DNA of 64,000 bases from an uncultured Bacilli bacterium (lineage in GTDB: Bacteria > Bacillota_I > Bacilli_A > RF39 > UBA660). Under the pieces are notes generated by a model. It was not told where the DNA came from. It did no database searches and saw only the letters and a program-made list of their open reading frames with translations. The translations under genes were made by a program, and so were the position numbers. The stretch's first letter is position 1. Each line of letters begins with the position of its first letter. The DNA is taken from NCBI GenBank assembly GCA_910584165.1, contig CAJTZU010000002.1, positions 141,811-205,810 of the forward strand, given 5' to 3'. Below are positions 55,203-64,000 of this stretch, one piece after another.

Positions 55203-55212
55203 ATTACAATTT
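55201..55212. promoter_or_regulatory. AAATTACAATTT palindromic 12-mer (copy 3 of 3)
   Basis: Identical 12-mer overlapping the PEBP stop codon, upstream of the relaxase. Confidence 0.4.
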
Positions 55213-55283
55213 AACGATTAGATTATGTAGGGCTTATCAATAAAATGATAGGCTCTTTTTTTATTGGAAAGAAAGGAGAAACA

Positions 55284-56633
55284 ATGGCTACTACTGGTAT
55301 ATGGAAAATTGAAAAGAGATTAGACCACGTTATAGATTATACAACGAACATTGAAAAGACTCTTAATAGTGATTATGGAAAAGAAGCATACAAAGAACTT
55401 CATAATGTTATCGAATATGCTGAAGCAGATTTTAAAACAGAGAATCAATACTATGTTACTGGTCTTAATTGTTCAGTTGAGAGTGCATACGAAGAAATGC
55501 TTATCACAAAGCAACAATATAATAAGACAGGTGGTATTTTAGGTTTTCACGCATTCCAGTCTTTTAAAGAGGGAGAAGTTACTCCAGAACAAGCACACGC
55601 TATTGGGGTTAAACTTGCTCAAGAAATGTGGGGAGACCGTTTTGAGGTAATTGTTAGTACCCATCTTAATACGAAGCATTATCATAATCACTTTGTTATC
55701 AATTCTGTTAGTTTTAAAGATGGTAAGAGATATTATGATAAAAGAGAAACTTATGCTAGATTAAGACAACTATCTGATTCACTTTGTGAAGAATATGGCT
55801 TGTCTGTATTAGAAGAAAAACCGTGTAGAAATAGTAAAATAAACTATGCGAACTATTATAAAGGTTATGTTGAAAAGAACAATTACTATACTACTACAAA
55901 AGAAGATGTCGATAGAGCCATTGCACAAGCCTATTCTTATAAAGACTTTGAGTGCTTAATGAAAGCAATGGACTATGAACTAATTTATCGTGGTAGCAGA
56001 TTAAGTGTAAGGCGTGATCCATATAAAAAGCATATTCGTATAGAGAGAAGTTTTGGCTATGATTATAGCATTGATAGAATAAAAGAACGAATCGAAGTAG
56101 AACAGGCTCCTAGAGTACCTTTTATTGAAGAATATGGAAATAAAAAAAGACCTAAAACTTATACACCATTTAAGAAACAAAAGCACACAGGACTTTATGC
56201 TTTATATTTGCATTATTGCTATCTATTAAAAGTGTTTCCAACAGAATATCCGAATAAAAGGTTGTCGCCAGAAATTCGTGCCGACTTAAAAGAGTTAGAT
56301 AAAATATCGAAACAAACTGAATTGCTCGTGAGTAATAAACTAGATACTTACGAGCAATTTTTTGCGTTTAAGACACAAAAAACAAAAGAGTTAGATAGTC
56401 TGCTCGATAAGAGAAGTAAGTTGTGGTACAAACACAAGAAATCTAAAAATCCAAGTGAAAAGGAATCTATAAGAAATGAAATAGACCTTTTAAATAAAGA
56501 AATTAACCCATTACGAGAGGAGGTGGTTTTATGTGATGGTATAGAAGAAAGAACTCCTAAAATGGAGCAAAATGTAAGTGATTTTGAAGAAAAGAAAGAT
56601 AAGGAGGTGAAGAACAATGAACTCATCAAGTGA
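55284..56633 (+). CDS. Conjugative relaxase (MobA/MobL, PF03432-type nuclease domain)
   Basis: His-triad motif (HLNTKHYHNHFVIN in VSTHLNTKHYHNHFVINSV). AAAGGAG RBS before ATG 55284. Confidence 0.75.
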   Translation: MATTGIWKIEKRLDHVIDYTTNIEKTLNSDYGKEAYKELHNVIEYAEADFKTENQYYVTGLNCSVESAYEEMLITKQQYNKTGGILGFHAFQSFKEGEVTPEQAHAIGVKLAQEMWGDRFEVIVSTHLNTKHYHNHFVINSVSFKDGKRYYDKRETYARLRQLSDSLCEEYGLSVLEEKPCRNSKINYANYYKGYVEKNNYYTTTKEDVDRAIAQAYSYKDFECLMKAMDYELIYRGSRLSVRRDPYKKHIRIERSFGYDYSIDRIKERIEVEQAPRVPFIEEYGNKKRPKTYTPFKKQKHTGLYALYLHYCYLLKVFPTEYPNKRLSPEIRADLKELDKISKQTELLVSNKLDTYEQFFAFKTQKTKELDSLLDKRSKLWYKHKKSKNPSEKESIRNEIDLLNKEINPLREEVVLCDGIEERTPKMEQNVSDFEEKKDKEVKNNELIK

Positions 56634-57384
56634 CGCTGCTGAAAGTATTGTAAGAATGAGTTTGCAGGGAACAGAATTTGCTTTAAAGATTACTGGATCA
56701 TTAACAAAAAACTGTATAGCAGGACTTTATGCTTTATCTAAAGACCAAAAGAAATCAAAGGGTAAAACAACATTGAATAAAATGTTGAAGTCTGGAAAAG
56801 AGTTAAAAATCTTTACTATAAAAAAAGATGATTTAAAACTATTCCAACAAGAAGCCAAAAGATATGGTGTTTTATTTACTGCACTATTTGATAAGAAAAA
56901 TCCAGATGGGAAAGTAGATATTATGTGTAGAGCAGAGGACGCTGCTAAAATCAATAGAATTGTTAATCGTTTCAAATTATCATCTTATGATGAAGTATCT
57001 ATTAAGAGTGACATTATGAAATCTCGTGATAGTAAAGAAGCAAACGATAAGGGTATTGAAACTAAAAATCTTGATGACTTGGTAGATGATATTTTATCAA
57101 AGCCAGTTCAAAAGGAAGAAAATACAATGTCAAACCCGGAGTTAGCAAAGACAGAAAAAAGCCCTCTGTCCGAGCGTTCATCAACGAGCAAAAACAAGCC
57201 AGAGGTGGGTACTAATTCTGATAAAAAGCCATCTGTGAGAGAAGAAATTAAAAGTATCAAAGAAGAACAGAAGCAAAAAGCAGAACTAGAAAAATCTGAC
57301 TTAAAAAAGGATGTTCCAAACAAAGAAACTAAACACGAACAACCTAAAAATAAAAAGAAAAAATCTAAAGAAAGAGGGAAATAA
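56617..57384 (+). CDS. Conjugative-element protein of unknown function (possibly DUF3801/PcfB-like) with a Lys/Glu-rich C-terminus
   Basis: Positioned directly after the relaxase with an overlapping start. Confidence 0.5.
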   Translation: MNSSSDAAESIVRMSLQGTEFALKITGSLTKNCIAGLYALSKDQKKSKGKTTLNKMLKSGKELKIFTIKKDDLKLFQQEAKRYGVLFTALFDKKNPDGKVDIMCRAEDAAKINRIVNRFKLSSYDEVSIKSDIMKSRDSKEANDKGIETKNLDDLVDDILSKPVQKEENTMSNPELAKTEKSPLSERSSTSKNKPEVGTNSDKKPSVREEIKSIKEEQKQKAELEKSDLKKDVPNKETKHEQPKNKKKKSKERGK

Positions 57385-57386
57385 AA

Positions 57387-58268
57387 ATGAATTTTGATGA
57401 TATTATTACAAGTTCTAATAAACAAGAACAAAATAATATGCCGTTCAACAAAGATGAATGGGCAAAGAAAAAACAAGCAGAACGACAAGAGTTATATGAT
57501 TTAGCAGATAAAACTGCTGAAGAAATAAAGAGTGATTCTTTAAAATTCAAACAGTATCTTGATATTCAAGCACAGTTCAATGTGTATTCTGTTAATAATG
57601 CTCTTTTAATTTCTGCTCAAATGCCAAGTGCTACGCAAATAAAAGAGTATGATGACTGGAGAAAAGCAGGAGCATTTGTGCATAAGAATCCAGTCTTTAT
57701 TAAAATACTAGAGCCAAGCGAAAGTTATAATAAAACAGATAATACTACAAGAACTTTCTATAATCCAAAAAGAATGCTTGATATTTCACAAACTAATGCA
57801 AGACCTAGAGAAAATACTAGAAATTATAGTGATCGAGATTTATTAAAAGCATTTTTACACGAATGTCCTGTTGATGTTTCTAGTGTAGATAATCTACCAG
57901 ATGGCAAAGGTGCAGAATGGAATAAAGAAGATAATGTCTTATATATTCGTAAAGGACTTGAATCTCCTGCTATTTTTAATGCACTATCTGTGGAACTTGC
58001 TAAAGTAGGATTAGAAGAAAGTGGAAATCAAGAACTAGATAACTTTAAAAGTTATTGTGCTTCTTATTTAGTATGTAAGAAATATGGTATTGATGTTTCA
58101 TCATATAACTTTGATAATCTTCCAGAAACATTAAAAGATATGGAATCAAGTGATATTAAAAATATGCTTGGAGATATTAGAGGGGCTATGGAAGATATGA
58201 ATGCTCGTATGAGTAGTTGTTTTGAACAAATTGCTAGAGAACAAAAGAATAAGGCATACGAAAGATAG
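57387..58268 (+). CDS. ArdC-like anti-restriction protein (DUF1738 N-terminal ssDNA-binding domain)
   Basis: LLISAQMPSATQIKEYDDWRKAGAFVHK parallels the ArdC-N motif also seen at 41442. Confidence 0.5.
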   Translation: MNFDDIITSSNKQEQNNMPFNKDEWAKKKQAERQELYDLADKTAEEIKSDSLKFKQYLDIQAQFNVYSVNNALLISAQMPSATQIKEYDDWRKAGAFVHKNPVFIKILEPSESYNKTDNTTRTFYNPKRMLDISQTNARPRENTRNYSDRDLLKAFLHECPVDVSSVDNLPDGKGAEWNKEDNVLYIRKGLESPAIFNALSVELAKVGLEESGNQELDNFKSYCASYLVCKKYGIDVSSYNFDNLPETLKDMESSDIKNMLGDIRGAMEDMNARMSSCFEQIAREQKNKAYER

Positions 58269-58279
58269 GAGGATACAAA

Positions 58280-58486
58280 ATGAGAGAAACTATGAAAGTA
58301 TTAGAATTAGATAAATACGAAATAGGCATTATTATCAATGCACTTAATGATTTAAGAAATAGATTATTAAATGCTAAAGAAGATACCGAGCCTGTTGATG
58401 AAATATTGCTAAAAGCAATAGACGCTCCAGAAAAAAAAAGACCTCTTGTAAAGTGTTTAACGAGAGATGAGAGAAGATACTACTAG
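58280..58486 (+). CDS. Hypothetical small protein
   Basis: GGAGGA RBS. Confidence 0.45.
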   Translation: MRETMKVLELDKYEIGIIINALNDLRNRLLNAKEDTEPVDEILLKAIDAPEKKRPLVKCLTRDERRYY

Positions 58487-60287
58487 AACTACAAAATGGC
58501 TTTGTATTCTAGGAATTATTCCTACGATATGGTTGGCTCTTTTAATTGCTCCATATATAAATGGTGGTTTTCCTATGATTATAAAGGAATTTCCAAATGC
58601 AATAAATGAGCCTTTTAACCTATCTTGGTGTAATGATAGTGCAAGAACAATACTGATTTTTATAGTAGTTTATATTATGGGAATTGGTATTTGTTTATCT
58701 AATAAGAAAAACTACCGTAGGCGTGAAGAACACGGCTCTGCAAAGTGGGGCATTGCAAGTCAAGTAAATAAAAAGTATATGCAAAAGCCATTTTCAAATA
58801 ATAAAATACTAACCCAAAATGTAGGAGTTGGTATAAATGCCAAAAAACACAGAAGAAATTTGAATGTTTTAGTATGTGGTGGTAGTGGTGCAGGTAAAAC
58901 AAGATTTTATTGTAAGCCAAATATTATGCAGACAAATACTTCTTTTGTAGTGCTTGATCCGAAAGGAGAAATCGTAAGAGATTTGGGACACCTTTTAGAA
59001 AAGTCTGGTTACGAAGTAAAGGTATTGGATTTAATCAATATGGAAAGAAGCCATTGTTATAATCCTTTTGTTTATTTAAAATCAGACAATGATGTTCAAA
59101 AACTTGTAACGAACCTCTTTAAGGCAACGACACCAAAAGGCTCATCAAGTAATGATCCGTTCTGGGATACTGCTGCAAGTATGTTACTTTTAGCACTTGT
59201 CTTTTATTTAAAATATGAAGCACCAGAAGAAGAACAAAATTTCCCAATGGTTATGGAGTTATTAAGGGCAGGAGAAGTTCACGAAGATGATGATTCTTAT
59301 TTAAGTCCACTTGATGTACTATTTAATCGTTTGGAAAGCAGAGAGCCAGAACACATAGCAGTCAAATATTATCGTGATTATCGAAGTGGCTCGGCTAAAA
59401 CACTAAAGTCAATTCAAATTACACTTGCTTCAAGACTAGAAAAGTTTAACTTGGAAAGTTTGGCTTCTCTTACAATGGTAGATGAGTTAGATTTGCCATC
59501 ACTAGGAGAAAAGAAAGTAGCATTATTTGCACTTATACCAGACAATGACACGAGTTTTAATTTTCTAGTCAGCATTTTATATACGCAACTGTTTCAACAG
59601 TTGTTTTTTTTGGCAGACCATAAGTATGGTGGAAGTTTACCAGTACCAGTCCATTTTGTGATGGATGAGTTCGCCAATGTAAGTTTGCCAGATGACTTCG
59701 ACAAGATACTTTCAGTAATGAGAAGTAGAGAAGTATCAGTAAGCATTATTTTACAAAATTTAGCACAGTTAAAGGCTTTATTCGAGAAACAATGGGAATC
59801 AATAGTCGGTAACTGTGATGAGTTCCTTTACTTGGGTGGTAACGAACAAAGTACACATAAGTATGTTAGTGAATTGCTCGGAAAAGAAACAATAGATTTA
59901 GATACACACGGTAAGAGTACAGGACACTCTGGAAATTACTCTACTAATTATCAAATTAGTGGTAGAGAACTTTTGACACCAGATGAAGTAAGACTTTTAG
60001 ATAATCAATATGCTCTTTTATTCATAAGAGGAGAAAGACCAATTATGGATTTAAAGTATGACATATTAAAACACCCAAATGTATCAAAAACAACAGATGG
60101 GAAAGAAAAGCCTTATATTCACGGTGGAATAGAAAATGCAGTTGCTTCAATTATTGTAGATGAAGATATAAGCAATTATGAATTTACAGAAATTGAAGAA
60201 ATAGAAAACAATTATGAAATTTTATCTTCAGATGAGATAGAAGAATATTTTAAAGAAAAGGAGAATAGGAAAAATGAAAAACAATAA
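58467..60287 (+). CDS. Type IV coupling protein (VirD4/TraG family)
   Basis: Two N-terminal TM helices. Walker A (GGSGAGKT in VLVCGGSGAGKTRF) and Walker B HFVMDEFAN. Confidence 0.8.
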   Translation: MREDTTRTTKWLCILGIIPTIWLALLIAPYINGGFPMIIKEFPNAINEPFNLSWCNDSARTILIFIVVYIMGIGICLSNKKNYRRREEHGSAKWGIASQVNKKYMQKPFSNNKILTQNVGVGINAKKHRRNLNVLVCGGSGAGKTRFYCKPNIMQTNTSFVVLDPKGEIVRDLGHLLEKSGYEVKVLDLINMERSHCYNPFVYLKSDNDVQKLVTNLFKATTPKGSSSNDPFWDTAASMLLLALVFYLKYEAPEEEQNFPMVMELLRAGEVHEDDDSYLSPLDVLFNRLESREPEHIAVKYYRDYRSGSAKTLKSIQITLASRLEKFNLESLASLTMVDELDLPSLGEKKVALFALIPDNDTSFNFLVSILYTQLFQQLFFLADHKYGGSLPVPVHFVMDEFANVSLPDDFDKILSVMRSREVSVSIILQNLAQLKALFEKQWESIVGNCDEFLYLGGNEQSTHKYVSELLGKETIDLDTHGKSTGHSGNYSTNYQISGRELLTPDEVRLLDNQYALLFIRGERPIMDLKYDILKHPNVSKTTDGKEKPYIHGGIENAVASIIVDEDISNYEFTEIEEIENNYEILSSDEIEEYFKEKENRKNEKQ

Positions 60288-60606
60288 ATTAAAATTAGGA
60301 AAAAAAGGAAAGAAGTTATTTAAAGTATATGCTTTAGGAGTATGTGCATTTGCACTAACTGTTGGAACAAGTATGCAAGTTTTTGCAGCAGATGATCCTC
60401 TAGCAGTAGTAAACAATTTATCAAACTTTATCTTTGGTTTGATTAGAGCAATAGGAATGATTTTACTTGGTTGGGGAATTGTGCAAGTTGGTCTTGCTTT
60501 AAAGAGTCACGATCCTAGCCAAAGAGCCAACGGATTCTTAACTGTGGCAGGTGGTATTATCATTACTTTCGCAAAAGAAATCCTAAATATGATTACAGGT
60601 AGTTAA
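60274..60606 (+). CDS. Maff2-family small membrane protein
   Basis: Signal/TM region, then AADDPLAVVNNLSNFIFGLIRAIGMILLGWGIVQ, typical of Maff2 proteins on Firmicutes ICEs. Confidence 0.6.
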   Translation: MKNNKLKLGKKGKKLFKVYALGVCAFALTVGTSMQVFAADDPLAVVNNLSNFIFGLIRAIGMILLGWGIVQVGLALKSHDPSQRANGFLTVAGGIIITFAKEILNMITGS

Positions 60607-60675
60607 TATGTTGAAGAAGCAAAGGGGTAAGAGAAAATCTTACTCCTTAATTTTATTTATAAGGAGGTGCATTAA

Positions 60676-61512
60676 ATGTCTGGAAATTGGGTAGTACAGA
60701 ATTTGCAAAATGCTTTGGAAACTTGGAACAGTAAATTGTCAGAAATATGGCAACTTATTACACAGTCACCAGAACAATTTAAAGGTGGCACAATATGGAA
60801 TGTTATTGTGAATATTCACGGTGCATTACAAGCGATAGGCTTGGCACTATTAGTATTATTCTTTGTTATAGGTGTGATGAAAACTTGTGGCTCATTTGCA
60901 GAAGTAAAGAAGCCAGAACACGCACTTAAATTATTCATAAGGTTTGCTATTGCAAAGATAGTTGTGACTTATGGACTTAATCTAATGCTTTCAATATTTA
61001 AAATAGTACAGGGAGCAATATCTACTATTATGACAGCAGCAGGACTAGGTGGAGCGACACAAACAACACTTCCACAACAAGTAATTAGTGCAATAGAAAG
61101 TTGTGGTTTTTTTGAATCAATACCATTATGGGCAGTTACTCTTATCGGTGGTTTATTCATAACAGTATTGAGTTTCATAATGATAATGACTGTATATGGA
61201 AGATTCTTTAAATTATATTTATATACTGCCATTGCTCCGATACCACTTTCGACATTCGCAGGAGAGCCAGTACAAAATGTTGGTAAAAGTTTCTTGAAAT
61301 CATATTGTTCTGTATGTTTAGAGGGTGCAATTATAGTTCTTGCTTGTATTATCTTCTCATTATTTGCTTCTAGTCCACCAGTAGTGGACACAAATGCAGC
61401 AGCCGTGACACAAGTCTGGAAGTATATTGGAGAGTTAGTTTTCAATATGTTAGTGTTAGTTGGAACAATAAAACTGGCAGATCGTGTTGTAAGAGAAATG
61501 ATGGGATTATAG
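60676..61512 (+). CDS. Polytopic membrane protein, VirB6/TrbL-like conjugal channel component
   Basis: At least 5 TM helices. Sits immediately after the T4CP and Maff2 genes. Confidence 0.55.
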   Translation: MSGNWVVQNLQNALETWNSKLSEIWQLITQSPEQFKGGTIWNVIVNIHGALQAIGLALLVLFFVIGVMKTCGSFAEVKKPEHALKLFIRFAIAKIVVTYGLNLMLSIFKIVQGAISTIMTAAGLGGATQTTLPQQVISAIESCGFFESIPLWAVTLIGGLFITVLSFIMIMTVYGRFFKLYLYTAIAPIPLSTFAGEPVQNVGKSFLKSYCSVCLEGAIIVLACIIFSLFASSPPVVDTNAAAVTQVWKYIGELVFNMLVLVGTIKLADRVVREMMGL

Positions 61513-61522
61513 GAGGAAAGTC

Positions 61523-61855
61523 ATGAAAAAGATTAAAGTTACAATAAATGATATAGAAAATGATTTATTTGATTTAGATACAGAATATAGGGAAGCATTA
61601 GCACATAGTTTAATGGAACTAAAATATGTAAGTGATTCGCCTTTGAATTTATCTTTAGGTACTGAAGAACAACAAGAAGAATTGAAAAGAGTATATGAAA
61701 AACCATTAAAAACAAAGCAGATAAAAGAAATAATATCGTTTATGGATAAAGAAATGAAAGGCGATTTTCAATATGGGAGTTTTAGAGGTGTTGTTTCAAA
61801 GTATATGAATCTTGCTAATCAAATGGAAAAAGATAATAAAGCAAAAGAAAGATAA
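61523..61855 (+). CDS. Hypothetical protein
   Basis: ORF with an RBS; ends KAKER*. Confidence 0.45.
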   Translation: MKKIKVTINDIENDLFDLDTEYREALAHSLMELKYVSDSPLNLSLGTEEQQEELKRVYEKPLKTKQIKEIISFMDKEMKGDFQYGSFRGVVSKYMNLANQMEKDNKAKER

Positions 61856-61897
61856 TCGAGAATTATTAAAATAATAAAAGATAAAGGAGGTCTTATT

Positions 61898-62677
61898 ATG
61901 AGTATAATGCAAGATTATGAAGATGCAAAAGAAATGATAGGATTAGATAAATATAATGCTATCGAAAAATATCTTGATATAGTATGTCCACAAGAAAAAT
62001 GTGATGAATATTTTAAAGAATTAAATAAAAATCTCAATTTACCAATAGAAAAACAGTTACTTCTGCAAAGGCAATTAGCAACAAAAATGAATATTATTCT
62101 ATTGAGTGATGTTCTTTACAAAAAGGAAGAATGGGATAAGTTCGATAAGTGGTACAACGAAGATTATCTTCATAGAAAAGTAGAAATATTAAATATTTGG
62201 GAAAGCACTTATGATGATATGAGATGTAATGCAAATTTATATCAAAATAACAAGTTAATTGCTAATATAATTATCAATATAAATGAATGTGATGTTATGA
62301 GTGTTGTTGGTACAAATAGCAATATTGATTACAACAAAGTTTTTAAATCAATTATATATAGTAAATTCAAAGAGTATTCTGAATTACCTAAAATATCTAA
62401 ATGCTCTAAATTGTTGCAAAAAGTATATGATGAAGTTTGTAATTCTGATAATGAAATGTGCTATGTTACTAATGATGATTGGAAAGAGTTATTTTCAAAT
62501 CAGTTTGATAGAAAAGATATAGAAAAACTAAAAGAAGAAGTAAAAAAATTAAAAATTGATAATGTAATAACTTTTAATGATGGAGAGTATAAGATTCTTG
62601 GTTGGGGTAATTTGGCATTATGTTTTAATGATAATAGAGATTTTAACAAAAGCAAAAATAAAGATAAAGAAAGGTAG
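61898..62677 (+). CDS. Hypothetical protein
   Basis: AAAGGAGG RBS; ends KDKER*. Confidence 0.5.
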   Translation: MSIMQDYEDAKEMIGLDKYNAIEKYLDIVCPQEKCDEYFKELNKNLNLPIEKQLLLQRQLATKMNIILLSDVLYKKEEWDKFDKWYNEDYLHRKVEILNIWESTYDDMRCNANLYQNNKLIANIIININECDVMSVVGTNSNIDYNKVFKSIIYSKFKEYSELPKISKCSKLLQKVYDEVCNSDNEMCYVTNDDWKELFSNQFDRKDIEKLKEEVKKLKIDNVITFNDGEYKILGWGNLALCFNDNRDFNKSKNKDKER

Positions 62678-62685
62678 GTTATATT

Positions 62686-63195
62686 ATGGAATTAGATACG
62701 CAAAATTATTATGCCTTTGTATTAGGTTACGATTTTTGGAATGATATATTTAAAGATTCTTCTTCTCCAGAGTGTGATGTAACTTATGAATTTTGTAATA
62801 AAGTTGCAAGTGATTACTTGAAAAGTGAATATTTTAAAAATACAAATTATACTGGCTATGAGATGTTTGAAAAATATATAACAGACAATAGATTTCAAAT
62901 ATTAAAAGAATATGAAAAGTTTATTGGTGAAGAAAATATATATTTTAAAGGCAATAAAAAACTTTTAGCAGTTGGTGCTAGAAAAAATCAGCCAGTAGCA
63001 CTCGTAGAATGGACTAAAGGTGGAAGAAAAGAATATATTGTTGCTTTTGATTATATTATTGATAAAGAAAATAGTAGTTTGTCTTGGGGATATGGTAAAT
63101 ATTATTATGATAAAAATTCTGGTAAAAGTGCTTATGAAAAAGTAATCAATGGTGGTAATTTAACACATACCTTTGATAAAGGACAAGAAAGGTAG
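62686..63195 (+). CDS. Hypothetical protein
   Basis: Coupled start; ends GQER*. Confidence 0.5.
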   Translation: MELDTQNYYAFVLGYDFWNDIFKDSSSPECDVTYEFCNKVASDYLKSEYFKNTNYTGYEMFEKYITDNRFQILKEYEKFIGEENIYFKGNKKLLAVGARKNQPVALVEWTKGGRKEYIVAFDYIIDKENSSLSWGYGKYYYDKNSGKSAYEKVINGGNLTHTFDKGQER

Positions 63196-63201
63196 GCAAT
63201 T

Positions 63202-63651
63202 ATGAGTAGAGAACTTTTTAAAAGTATGATTTATAAAGATGGGAAAGTTTATACTAGGCAATGCAGTAATAATGTTTATCCAAAAGACTATTATAGTGAA
63301 GAAAATACTGGTTTAACTAAAATATACAATAAATTAGGACAAATAGATTTTGAAAAATGGTTTATTACTAATGGACTAATGACAGGAAATATTGAAGTAT
63401 TAAATGGTAGTAATAAGATATTACGAAGATTAAATTATGTTGCTAATTTATTATGGGAAGATAAAGGATTTAGAGAATTAAAAGATAATGAAGATAAGGC
63501 TTTTATGAAATCTTTATCTGCTAAAAAAGAAAATGACAAAGAGTTAGCGAACAAAGAGAGTATAATAGCAAAAGAAGATATTACAAAATATGTATCTTCT
63601 TTCTATGATACTTATAATTCAAAGTATAGAGATACAGAAAGGGAAAGGTAA
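63202..63651 (+). CDS. Hypothetical protein
   Basis: Coupled start; ends TERER*. Confidence 0.5.
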   Translation: MSRELFKSMIYKDGKVYTRQCSNNVYPKDYYSEENTGLTKIYNKLGQIDFEKWFITNGLMTGNIEVLNGSNKILRRLNYVANLLWEDKGFRELKDNEDKAFMKSLSAKKENDKELANKESIIAKEDITKYVSSFYDTYNSKYRDTERER

Positions 63652-63966
63652 TTGTGTATGAAAAAATACGAAGAAATTATAAATAAAGGTGATCCAGTAC
63701 AAAATGCTTTAGCATTAGAGTATTTATTATTAAATGGTAGAGATAATTTGCTTGATGATGTTTATTATCAAAACTTACAAGATAATATTAAGGAAAATGA
63801 TGATAAAGGAAGTATTTTTACAAATGGTTATGCTTTAGAATCATTAAAACTTGCTAGAGATATGTCAAAGTTAGATACAAAAGAACTTTGTGAATATATC
63901 TATGATGAAGAAAAGTGCAAAAAAGAACAAGAAAAAAAGTTAAAAAATCAAGAAAGGAGTAGATAA
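63652..63966 (+). CDS. Hypothetical protein
   Basis: Coupled start; ends QERSR*. Confidence 0.45.
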   Translation: MCMKKYEEIINKGDPVQNALALEYLLLNGRDNLLDDVYYQNLQDNIKENDDKGSIFTNGYALESLKLARDMSKLDTKELCEYIYDEEKCKKEQEKKLKNQERSR

Positions 63967-64000
63967 TAAGTGGAAGTTAAAATAAATCGAGAAATTAGGA

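Larger units (their letters stand above)
33989..64000 (+). mobile_element. Conjugative element (ICE or integrated plasmid; MPF-FA-like) whose left end is inside uvrB and which continues past the window
   Basis: Carries ParA/ParB, a sortase-adhesin pair, an ArdC/MTase/SNF2 anti-restriction giant, primase-like protein, MobC, relaxase, VirD4 T4CP, Maff2 and a VirB6-like protein. No integrase is within the window. Confidence 0.7.

Noticed and set aside
55284-61512. pCW3-type tcp conjugation locus.
   Set aside because: The coupling protein here is a VirD4/TraG type with Walker A/B motifs, not the FtsK-like TcpA. Maff2 and the MobA/MobL relaxase point to a different MPF-FA lineage.
1-64000. CRISPR arrays, tRNA or rRNA genes, and IS transposases.
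   Set aside because: No regularly spaced short direct repeats with unique spacers were seen. No cloverleaf-like or rRNA-like conserved stretches were seen. No DDE or serine recombinase ORFs lie within the window; the element's integrase presumably lies beyond 64000.

Overview
The window is low-GC (about 28%) Firmicutes, Clostridium-like DNA, with genes densely packed on the + strand. No rRNA, tRNA, CRISPR array or IS transposase was seen.

The first ~34 kb look chromosomal but accessory-rich:
- a CatA-family chloramphenicol acetyltransferase cassette flanked by terminators;
- a 1219-aa repeat protein;
- a SipW-type signal peptidase cluster, in which the peptidase is fused to a polytopic membrane domain and sits with two TasA/BsaA-like proteins carrying SipW-cognate signal peptides;
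- housekeeping genes: 5-formyl-THF cyclo-ligase, TsaC, a PP-loop ATPase and a YdcF-family protein;
- an M20 (ArgE/DapE-family) peptidase preceded by a tandemly duplicated 174-bp leader. Each copy encodes a 14-aa NNRRR leader peptide, an anti-terminator segment and an intrinsic terminator, which looks like a candidate arginine-sensing attenuator;
- a 1412-aa protein whose C-terminus carries a cGAS/OAS/DncV-like nucleotidyltransferase motif. It is followed by a lipoprotein and a transglutaminase-like protein with three 156-bp tandem repeats;
- a radical SAM MTTase-like enzyme, a WYL-domain regulator, an M32 carboxypeptidase and two CYTH proteins.

uvrB is cut off after codon 88, at about 33.99 kb. 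From there to the window end lies a conjugative element (ICE or integrated plasmid) that continues beyond the window. It carries:
- ParA and ParB;
- a Cna-B adhesin with its sortase;
- a 2631-aa ArdC-N / N6-methyltransferase / SNF2 helicase protein. A complete TnpV-like ORF with its own ribosome-binding site is embedded in the +1 frame of its linker;
- a primase-like Toprim protein, MobC with a candidate oriT, a MobA/MobL relaxase, a VirD4-type coupling protein, Maff2 and a VirB6-like membrane protein;
- many genes translationally coupled through a recurring GAAAGGTAG end/SD motif.
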